A stretch of DNA of 64,000 nucleotides, from IMG/VR virus record IMGVR_UViG_3300008952_003529. One strand, written 5' to 3'. Shown here in pieces: positions 56,636 to 64,000 of the stretch (position 1 is its first letter; the number at the start of each line of letters is the position of its first letter). The notes under the pieces are model-generated. The model worked only from the letters and a program-made list of their open reading frames with translations, made no database searches and was not told the origin of the DNA. The stretch is from a virus. The translations under genes were made by a program, and so were the position numbers.

Positions 56636-59053
56636 ATGTCCCTCTTTAAGCTGGATAAGTCATATTTCGACTCATATAAGGTTTTAGCCAAGCCCAAAAG
56701 AGTCTTTACTTCTTCTTCGGTGGGAGGAGCAACCGGTTCAGTTCGAGTGTTCCCTCTCGCATCTCTTGATATGAAGGAGATTCCAGTAGACGATGGTAGC
56801 GAAGACGGAGCTCCAGTCGGTGAAAGTTTAGAGACGCTTCGCTTAGAGGCATGGGGTACCGCATCCAACGCTGGTAATGCATCTGCCTATATGGACGCAG
56901 TAAACGCTGCAAGTACAACCGGAAAGCGAGATAAAGAGGTTGAAATATTACGTTTTGAGCCTTCGTTTAAGTTCACCAGTGATACTCTTCGTAAACGAGT
57001 GATTCAAAAGGTTCTGTTTCCGTATTACCGACCACAATATGGTACCCCATGTAATTGGTCTTTCACAAACTATAATACGTTGAATTACTTTACGGGATCT
57101 CAGGTCCCAACTGATTCGGTGATGATATATCCAGCATCATCATCATTCGACCAGTCTTCCACTTACAGACCAAGCGGTTCATTTTCGTTTGAATTTTATA
57201 TCAACCCGAGGTATACGGTCGAGAATCGAGGAGAGGAGTTCAAAGCGGGTACAATTTTTCATATGTCTAGTAGCTACGCTTTGTCGTTGGTTACGGGTAG
57301 CAGCAAAGATATTAATGGATTACCCGATGGATATCGTCTAATGTTGCAATTGAGCCACAGCGCAGACTATCCTCCTTCATCTGTTAATCTCACCCAGGTT
57401 CCGTCAGTCGGTATTGAGCCGTATGATTTAACTTTTTTATCCAGTGATAATTCCCTTCGTAGAAATACCTGGCACTATTGTTGCGTCCGATGGGGCGGCA
57501 CTGATGAGGTCCAGGGTTCGACTGGTTCATTTTGGATTGACGGAGAAGATAAGGGTACATTCGTTCTTTCTAGTTCGTTTTTACAACAAAAAGATTGGTC
57601 GACAAAATGGTTTGATGGGTCACCTGGGTCGCAGCAGATCGTTGGCGATCCAGATGCTCTTTTTGTGGGAAATTTTTATGAGGGCACTAATTCCGAGTAT
57701 GGAGTGGGTGAGTCATTTATCGCTCAATTTTTTAACCCTACAATTTCCGTTAAGGATGGAATCGCTGATTTTTACGGGACTGGTGACGACGATATTCCCG
57801 ATCCAGCAGAGTACGCCTTTCAGCATCCACTAAGTGCAGAAGTTCACGAATTAAAGATCTTTAACACATATCGAGATGAAGCGCAGATCGTGTCAGCTAG
57901 TTTATATGGGATAGAAAATATCTCAGACGACCCACATCTTATGTTTTACGTTCCGCCATTTTTTGTGAAAGACACTAATTTACGTGAAATATTTCAAACC
58001 CCATTTCAAACTGCGATGGGATACACTAATGACCCGTTTAATGTTGCATTATCGTTTGGCGTCGGTGGCCATTATTTAAATTTAGAAAACTTTGTCAAAG
58101 AATTTGTTCGTAAAAAATGGCCAAGATTGCTGAATTTGACGGGCTCTACAATCGATGAGTCAACTGATTGGGTAAGTTGTAACGGGTTTTTATTTGCCAC
58201 CGGAAGTATACGAAAGAGAAACCTGACGGTGCTTCCATGTGATAATGGCAAACTACTTCCTAATTTTTCGTTGTTAGAGCAAGATGTAACGTCATCAGAC
58301 GGATTAAGCTTGTTTGTTAATGATTATGGGGTCCAAACGCTGAGCATGGTCTCCCTCAATAATTTGCTAAGCACCGGCTCAAATAGTTTTCCAGGATTAT
58401 TGAATTCAGACGACCCCAACTCAATATCTGCATTTCTTGCTGGGGCGACCCCTGATGATCCCGCTCTTCCAGCTGGATCAGTTTTAACAATATTTAATAG
58501 GACCAAAGATCCGACATCAAATGAAGTTGTATTTTTTGATGCAAGCAATCTTTTTTATGGCAATAAAATTGATCCAGGATCTTATACGCTGGTTGATCCT
58601 AACATAACTGGTTCTGGTGGTAGGGTTCGAATTACGCTAAAAGATAACAAGCGTGGCAGTTTGTATCGTGCAGACTGTACCGGTAGTCACCCAACTTGGT
58701 CCTCCGCAGGTACGCTTCTATATGACGAAGGTCTGGCAGTCGTAAAGACGCCTGTTATTCCTCGTTTCGGGGTAGATAAATTTAATATCGATCTAGCAGG
58801 ACAGCAACACATATATGTCCTACAAATGAATATTCCTGCAGAGGCAGGATCGCTAGACCTCTCGGAAAACCCATCCTACAAACCACTTTCCCCATCTGAT
58901 CTAGACGCAGATATGTCTTCTCTTTTCACTTATATCACAAATGTCAATATTTTGGACGAAAATCTCAACGTTATTTGTAAATCCAACTTCGCGCAAGCTA
59001 TAGTAAAAAGGGAGGATGATCGCTTCATGGTAAGGGTGCGTTTAGATTTTTAG
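56636..59053 (+). CDS. LamG-containing virion protein with C-terminus paralogous to 55382-56626
   Basis: SFSFEFYINP...WHYCCVRW...VHELKIF; ends YITNVNILDENLNVICKS..VRVRLDF; GGGGG RBS. Confidence 0.65.
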   Translation: MSLFKLDKSYFDSYKVLAKPKRVFTSSSVGGATGSVRVFPLASLDMKEIPVDDGSEDGAPVGESLETLRLEAWGTASNAGNASAYMDAVNAASTTGKRDKEVEILRFEPSFKFTSDTLRKRVIQKVLFPYYRPQYGTPCNWSFTNYNTLNYFTGSQVPTDSVMIYPASSSFDQSSTYRPSGSFSFEFYINPRYTVENRGEEFKAGTIFHMSSSYALSLVTGSSKDINGLPDGYRLMLQLSHSADYPPSSVNLTQVPSVGIEPYDLTFLSSDNSLRRNTWHYCCVRWGGTDEVQGSTGSFWIDGEDKGTFVLSSSFLQQKDWSTKWFDGSPGSQQIVGDPDALFVGNFYEGTNSEYGVGESFIAQFFNPTISVKDGIADFYGTGDDDIPDPAEYAFQHPLSAEVHELKIFNTYRDEAQIVSASLYGIENISDDPHLMFYVPPFFVKDTNLREIFQTPFQTAMGYTNDPFNVALSFGVGGHYLNLENFVKEFVRKKWPRLLNLTGSTIDESTDWVSCNGFLFATGSIRKRNLTVLPCDNGKLLPNFSLLEQDVTSSDGLSLFVNDYGVQTLSMVSLNNLLSTGSNSFPGLLNSDDPNSISAFLAGATPDDPALPAGSVLTIFNRTKDPTSNEVVFFDASNLFYGNKIDPGSYTLVDPNITGSGGRVRITLKDNKRGSLYRADCTGSHPTWSSAGTLLYDEGLAVVKTPVIPRFGVDKFNIDLAGQQHIYVLQMNIPAEAGSLDLSENPSYKPLSPSDLDADMSSLFTYITNVNILDENLNVICKSNFAQAIVKREDDRFMVRVRLDF

Positions 59054-59608
59054 ATGAAGAAGGTTCTAGGGTTAGACATTTCTACTTCTTGTGTCGGGTG
59101 GTGTGTATTAGATGCTGAGACTGGGTCTGTAGAGGCCGCGTCTGCGATAGTATTAAAAGACATTAAGTGCGTGTTTGAGAAGGCTCTAAGGGTGAAAGAA
59201 AGCCTCCAGACAATCACTCTAGAATATAATGTCGACAATATCGCTATAGAAGAAAATCTACAGGCATTTCGACCCGGTTTTTCAAGCGCAAAGACTATTG
59301 TTACGTTAGCAAGATTTAATGGGATCGTCAGTTGGTTATCTTATAAGTGCACGAAAGTTAAACCAGACTTTATAAATGTGAACCATGCCCGAAAAGCAGT
59401 GGGGCTGAAAATCGATCGAAAGAGTGACTTGTCTACCAAAGAACAAGTGCTTGAGTGGGTAAAAACAAACGGAATGCAAGACTTCCTCTGGCCTATGAAG
59501 ACTCTAAAGTCTGGTCCTCGAAAAGGGCGTGTAATCTTTGATGATAGTTGTTATGATATATCTGATGCTTTTGTAATTGCAAAGGCGCACGTGAATAATG
59601 AACGATGA
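59054..59608 (+). CDS. RuvC-like Holliday junction resolvase
   Basis: VLGLDISTSCVGW (catalytic Asp), IAIEE, LARFNG, KEQV, D.SDAFVIA. Confidence 0.85.
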   Translation: MKKVLGLDISTSCVGWCVLDAETGSVEAASAIVLKDIKCVFEKALRVKESLQTITLEYNVDNIAIEENLQAFRPGFSSAKTIVTLARFNGIVSWLSYKCTKVKPDFINVNHARKAVGLKIDRKSDLSTKEQVLEWVKTNGMQDFLWPMKTLKSGPRKGRVIFDDSCYDISDAFVIAKAHVNNER

Positions 59609-60569
59609 TCTAGATATAAAAAAACGTATAAGATTAATTCAACGAGCATTCGGCTCTGTTCTTTTTGATAGGGATGGTGTGAATGTTGCAATCGGATGTG
59701 TAAATAAGGATTGCTCGACTTTTTCCAAGCCAGCTAAAAAGAAATTAACTCTTCGTGTAGACAATGAGTTTTATCATTGCTGGGTGTGTGGCCTTCGTGG
59801 CCGAGGGTTGGCGAGATTTTTTCGTAAGTACAAGCCTGCGTTCACCGCACAGGCAAATTCGTTATTTGAGAAATCAGTAGCTGAAGTCCAAGAGGAAAAG
59901 CATGTTGTTCAATTACCTGAAGGCTTTACTCTGCTGGCTACGCTTAAAAAAAGAGCCGATCCGGATTTGCGAATGTGTCGGGATTATTTTTTTAGTAGAG
60001 GACTGAACGAGAGAGACCTGTGGTATTTTAAGGTTGGCGCAGCATCAAGCGGCCGATACCGGAGGCGTGTCATAATTCCTTCGTTCGATTGTGATGGGAA
60101 CCTTAATTATTATACTGCTCGATCGATAGACGACACTGCTTACCGAAAGTATTTAAATCCCAAAGTGAAAAGGTCAGAGATTATTTTTAATGATCTAAAC
60201 CTTAATTGGGAGAAACCGCTAACGCTTGTTGAGGGCCCATTTGATTTAATTAAATCAAATGAAAATTCTACATGTCTGCTGGGCAGTTCATTAAACACTC
60301 ACCATGAATTATTCAAGAAAATTGTGAGTAACAAAACGCCAGTTATTTTGGCACTAGATCCAGATGCTATAAAAAAGACTCATGAAATTGCTGCTTTACT
60401 TTCTAGTTTTGACATAAGCGTAAAAATATTAAAGTTTAATAATTTCTCTGATGTTGGAGAAATGCCAAAGGACCACTTGACCAAATTGCTACCTGAAGCG
60501 GAAACGTGGAGTGAATTAGATCGCTTACGATCACTTATAGGTACAATTCGGTCAGGGTCGTTATTGTAG
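59598..60569 (+). CDS. DNA primase (zinc-binding domain plus TOPRIM; T4 gp61-like)
   Basis: CVNKDC...HCWVCG, RVIIP, YTARS...KYLNP, VEGPFD, LGS, LALDPDA. Confidence 0.88.
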   Translation: MNDDLDIKKRIRLIQRAFGSVLFDRDGVNVAIGCVNKDCSTFSKPAKKKLTLRVDNEFYHCWVCGLRGRGLARFFRKYKPAFTAQANSLFEKSVAEVQEEKHVVQLPEGFTLLATLKKRADPDLRMCRDYFFSRGLNERDLWYFKVGAASSGRYRRRVIIPSFDCDGNLNYYTARSIDDTAYRKYLNPKVKRSEIIFNDLNLNWEKPLTLVEGPFDLIKSNENSTCLLGSSLNTHHELFKKIVSNKTPVILALDPDAIKKTHEIAALLSSFDISVKILKFNNFSDVGEMPKDHLTKLLPEAETWSELDRLRSLIGTIRSGSLL

Positions 60570-60577
60570 GGAGTACG

Positions 60578-63500
60578 ATGTTTCGTTGTGCACATTTCGC
60601 TGATATACACTTTCGTGGTCTAACCAGACATGAAGAGTATAGAGAAGTATTTTCAGAATCGTTTGTTAAGCTAAAGCAGCTGTCACCAGATCTTATTTTT
60701 ATCGGAGGTGATATTGTTCATTCAAAAACACAAGGAATTAGTCCAGAGCTGATTCACATTTTGACATGGTGGTTTAATTCCTTAGCAGAAATAGCTCCTG
60801 TGCATGTCATCTTGGGAAACCACGACGGTCTTATGCTGAATGAAGATCGCCTCGATGCGATCACTCCCATCTTGGAGGCGATCAATAATCCTGATATTAA
60901 ACTGTTTAAAGATTCCGGAACATATGATACTGGCATTCCCGGCTTTAAGTGGAATGTATTTAGCTGCTTTGATATTAGGGGGTGGGAAAATGTTTTACCC
61001 GACCCAGACGCCATTAACATTGCTACTTTTCACGGACCTGTTAACGGATCATTAACAGATCAAGATTGGGAGATTAATGGCGAAAGCGTAAAGGTAGACT
61101 TTTTTAATAAGTTTGACTTTGGTTTTTTGGGCGATATTCACAAGAAGCAATATCTTACACCAAAAATAGCTTATCCAGGCTCGACCATCCAGCAAAATTA
61201 CGGCGAAAGCATAGAGAAAGGGTTTCTATTTTGGGAAATTGAGGATAAAGATACTTTCAATGTCGAGTTTATTCCACTCTCAAACAAGAGGGCTTTTAGG
61301 ACATATAGGTGGAAGGGTTCAGTCATAGATACCTTGGAGCAAATTCCTGATTATGCGTCTGGTTCTAGATTTCGTATCGCGCATGAGGGCATCGATCAGG
61401 TCTCATTTAAGCAATTACAACGCGAGCTAAAAGAGCGCTTTTCTGCTGAGGAAGTTGTATCAAAGAATGAGACCAAAGCAATGTCGGATTCTGATGTTGT
61501 GATTACTACATCTGTTGGTGAAATAAGTCGTGCCGACCTTCGTAGCTTCAAGTATCAAGATAGACTAATGTCGGACTTTATTACCAGAAATGAAATTCCG
61601 GAAGAGGCTAGGGAAGAGCTCCGGACCCTTCATAAAAATATATTTCATAAATGTGTGCAGCAAGTGAGTCAGAATGCTCACCAATGGCGTCTACGTAGGC
61701 TAGCATTTGATAACACATTTGGGTATGGTGAGGATAATGTCATTGATTTTGATGTGCTAAATGGAATTACGGGTATCTTTGGAAAAAATCGTTGTGGAAA
61801 GTCTTCGATACCAGGTACCCTTGTTTATGGCTTATTTAATGCTACAGATCGAGGCGCACTCAAAAACCTCCATGTTATTAATAGCAGAAAGAATTTTTGT
61901 AAATCGACTGTGGACATATCAGTGGGTAGTAAGCTTTATAGAGCAGAGAGACAAACTATTAAGCGAGTTAGCAGGAAGGGTGTCGTCTCCGCTCCAACAC
62001 ACCTGAACCTGTATGCGCTTGATCAGGATAGGAACATAGAAACAGACAGCACTGAAGAGCAAAGACGCGAAACAGAGAAGGTGTTAAAAAATCTGGTTGG
62101 GTCTGTAGACGATTTTCTAATGACATCATTCGCTTCCCAGGGAGATATGAATGCATTTATCCGTGAGGGCGCGACTCAACGTAAGGCAATACTCACAAGG
62201 TTTCTAGATCTTCAGATTTTTGATGAAATGCTGAAGATGGCAAAAAGCGAGATGACTGAACTCCGTGGAGAAATGAAATCAGCTCCAGACAGGGACTGGG
62301 ACACATTGATCAGCGAGCAGACCGTATTGTTAGATTCGCATATGATTGAACGAAAAGAGATTGAGCAAGAGTTAATTGAGCTTAAAGAGAATCGTGATCA
62401 ACTAAAGCTTCAATTGGCTTCGTCCCCCGCCGATGCGATTTATACACGTCAAGACATCGAAAAGCAATCGCTCCATCTTAAGCATCTTGAGGAGCGAAAT
62501 GTTTCTATTAGCCAAAAGATATTAGATATATGTTCAGAGATGGATGCAACAAGAGGTAAAATTCAAAAGATTGATAACATCTGTGAACAATTTCCAGTAG
62601 ATGAGTTGAGGGAAGAAGCAATCCTCCAGACTGATCTGACGAGCCAGGTTCGGCTTGCACAGTCACGTTTAGATCTAGAGAACCAACGTCTGAAATCTCA
62701 ACAGCGTTCCGCAAAGAAGCTTGATAGTGTTCCCTGTGGAGACCAATTTCCAAAGTGCCCATATATCCGGGATGCGCACAAAAGCTCTAAAGAGCTCGAG
62801 GGACAAAAGGAAATTATTTCATCTGTGAAAAAAGAGCTATCTGCGATTAAGCGAAACTTAGACAAGCTTATAGGGAAAGGATTAAGCGATAAAATTTCGA
62901 AATATGAATCTATGCTAGCATCCGCACAATCATTGAGGCTTAAGAATTCTGATATGAAGCTTGAGCTAAGGGAGTCAGAGAGTAACCAGCAGTCGCTCAC
63001 CAGCGAATTACGACAAGGGAAAGAGCATTTACGAGAAATGCGCTTGCGCGCTGCCGATGAAGAAAAAGATGCAGAGGTTATTAAGATGCGTCTTGATTTA
63101 AGTCAACTTGAGAAGCGAATATCAGAGATAGATGCGGAGCGACTTTACTTGGCTGAACAGATCAGCTTGGGTGGAGTAAAGAAAAAAGAGCTGCTAGAAG
63201 AAAAAGAGCGGTTTGGCTCTCTTCGTACAAGGTGGCAGACTTATACCCTGTTAACTCAAGCGGTTGACAAGCGAGGAATCCCACTGACCATTCTATCATT
63301 GCAGCTTCCCAAAATTAATGCTGAATTAACAAAGATCTTGTTGGGCGTTGTGAATTTCGATATTAGCATTGAATCAAAGATGGACTCAAATAACCTTGAC
63401 ATCTTTATAGATTATGGGGACTCAAAAAGAATCATAGAATGTGGTTCTGGAATGGAGAAGATGATTTCTTCACTAGCCCTACGGGTCGCTTTGATTAACA

Positions 63501-63721
63501 TCTGTAACGCACCAAGAAGTGACGTCTTAATTATTGATGAGGGCTTCGGCGCTTTGGATGACAAAAATATAGAAGCTTGCAGCCGTTTACTAATATCTCT
63601 TAAGAAGTATTTTTCTAATATTCTTATCATCTCGCATGTTGACGCAGTCAAAGATATCGTTGATAATGTGCTAGATATTCAGAAGGTTGGACGAGATGCA
63701 AAAGTTAGATATTGCGAGTGA
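60578..63721 (+). CDS. Fused SbcD-SbcC (Mre11-Rad50 / gp47-gp46) recombination nuclease-ATPase
   Basis: Phosphoesterase motifs ADIH, GGD, GNHD, HG, GDIH; Walker A GKNRCGKSS; Q-loop SFASQG; long coiled coil; Walker B LIIDEGFGALD; ISH. Confidence 0.93.
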   Translation: MFRCAHFADIHFRGLTRHEEYREVFSESFVKLKQLSPDLIFIGGDIVHSKTQGISPELIHILTWWFNSLAEIAPVHVILGNHDGLMLNEDRLDAITPILEAINNPDIKLFKDSGTYDTGIPGFKWNVFSCFDIRGWENVLPDPDAINIATFHGPVNGSLTDQDWEINGESVKVDFFNKFDFGFLGDIHKKQYLTPKIAYPGSTIQQNYGESIEKGFLFWEIEDKDTFNVEFIPLSNKRAFRTYRWKGSVIDTLEQIPDYASGSRFRIAHEGIDQVSFKQLQRELKERFSAEEVVSKNETKAMSDSDVVITTSVGEISRADLRSFKYQDRLMSDFITRNEIPEEAREELRTLHKNIFHKCVQQVSQNAHQWRLRRLAFDNTFGYGEDNVIDFDVLNGITGIFGKNRCGKSSIPGTLVYGLFNATDRGALKNLHVINSRKNFCKSTVDISVGSKLYRAERQTIKRVSRKGVVSAPTHLNLYALDQDRNIETDSTEEQRRETEKVLKNLVGSVDDFLMTSFASQGDMNAFIREGATQRKAILTRFLDLQIFDEMLKMAKSEMTELRGEMKSAPDRDWDTLISEQTVLLDSHMIERKEIEQELIELKENRDQLKLQLASSPADAIYTRQDIEKQSLHLKHLEERNVSISQKILDICSEMDATRGKIQKIDNICEQFPVDELREEAILQTDLTSQVRLAQSRLDLENQRLKSQQRSAKKLDSVPCGDQFPKCPYIRDAHKSSKELEGQKEIISSVKKELSAIKRNLDKLIGKGLSDKISKYESMLASAQSLRLKNSDMKLELRESESNQQSLTSELRQGKEHLREMRLRAADEEKDAEVIKMRLDLSQLEKRISEIDAERLYLAEQISLGGVKKKELLEEKERFGSLRTRWQTYTLLTQAVDKRGIPLTILSLQLPKINAELTKILLGVVNFDISIESKMDSNNLDIFIDYGDSKRIIECGSGMEKMISSLALRVALINICNAPRSDVLIIDEGFGALDDKNIEACSRLLISLKKYFSNILIISHVDAVKDIVDNVLDIQKVGRDAKVRYCE

Positions 63722-63938
63722 TGCTCAAAATAACCAGTTTGTCCCTCTAGATTGTCCTATCTGCGGATTTTTATTTCGTGATTTTCAAGATTGCATGCAA
63801 TATTTAGAGAGCAAGTGTTGTGTCGAGTGCTGGATTAGCTTTTTAGAGCCAATTAGAAAATTAAACAAAGATGAAAAATATGAGCCAAATTCAGAAGAGA
63901 TCGATAAGTGGCGAGAAAAGGTTTCGCCAGGTGAATAG
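63687..63938 (+). CDS. Small Cys-rich (zinc-finger-like) hypothetical protein
   Basis: CPICG...KCCVECW; the start is uncertain (TTG 63687 or ATG 63696). Confidence 0.6.
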   Translation: MDEMQKLDIASDAQNNQFVPLDCPICGFLFRDFQDCMQYLESKCCVECWISFLEPIRKLNKDEKYEPNSEEIDKWREKVSPGE

Positions 63939-63942
63939 TTAA
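63935..63942 (+). promoter_or_regulatory. Candidate late-promoter motif ATAGTTAA
   Basis: 16 nt before ATG 63959, followed by GGGAG. Confidence 0.5.
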
Positions 63943-63958
63943 ATACGGGAGTTAACGA

Positions 63959-64000
63959 ATGTTTACGGTTGAAGAAGTACGTGCTTTGGGCAATTGCCTG
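63959..64000 (+). CDS. Partial ORF running off the window (MFTVEEVRALGQLP...)
   Basis: ATG preceded by a GGGAG RBS and the motif; open to the window end. Confidence 0.5.
   Translation, partial: MFTVEEVRALGNCL

Larger units (their letters stand above)
1..64000 (+). mobile_element. Segment of a large myovirus-like phage genome (glycan cluster, baseplate/tail module, recombination/replication module)
   Basis: Co-directional dense genes include gp25-, gp6- and gp5-like baseplate proteins, a phage-type sigma factor, a primase, a RuvC-like protein and a gp46/47-type nuclease. No cellular housekeeping genes are present. Confidence 0.9.

Noticed and set aside
2-63651. Numerous 60-170 aa minus-strand and alternate-frame ORFs in the track (for example 30431-30943, 51107-51589, 18327-18725)
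   Set aside because: All lie inside longer + strand genes with recognisable motifs; they show no RBS or family motifs and are expected shadow ORFs.
1-64000. Stop-codon recoding (alternative genetic code), as seen in some large phages
   Set aside because: TAA, TAG and TGA all end genes at sensible, tightly coupled positions, and genes are full length in code 11.

Overview
The window looks like a 64-kb segment of a large tailed dsDNA phage genome of myovirus type, with a contractile-tail baseplate; taxonomy and host cannot be determined from the sequence. About 48 tightly packed genes all lie on the + strand in the standard code, and I found no tRNA, rRNA, CRISPR array, integrase or IS element. 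There are four blocks. (1) 1-12.5 kb is a glycan-synthesis cluster: GT2 x2, a CgeB-like GT, two methyltransferases, a GT9-like (heptosyltransferase-like) orphan, split HldE kinase and nucleotidyltransferase, a HAD phosphatase, a cupin, an SDR, a Zn-dehydrogenase, a two-gene transketolase lacking its C-terminal domain, HldD, Fcl and Gmd. (2) 12.5-17.3 kb holds a Cas4/RecB-like nuclease, two GT4 enzymes and a phage sigma-factor-like gene. (3) 17.3-59 kb holds baseplate genes (gp5-, gp25-, gp6- and gp7/P2-I-like), LamG and Fn3-like proteins, a 2108-aa giant protein and repeat-rich fibre proteins. (4) 59-64 kb holds a RuvC-like resolvase, a primase and a single-chain SbcD-SbcC (Mre11-Rad50) fusion. 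The most interesting signals are a candidate self-contained NDP-heptose synthesis and transfer system with no GmhA, where a lyxose-isomerase-like cupin may substitute, and [S/T]GS-enriched virion proteins as possible acceptors. Also notable are a recurrent ATA(A/G/C)TTA intergenic motif (candidate late promoter for the encoded sigma factor) and atypical hook and signature motifs in the SbcCD fusion. All product calls come from motifs recognised by eye; no database searches were run.
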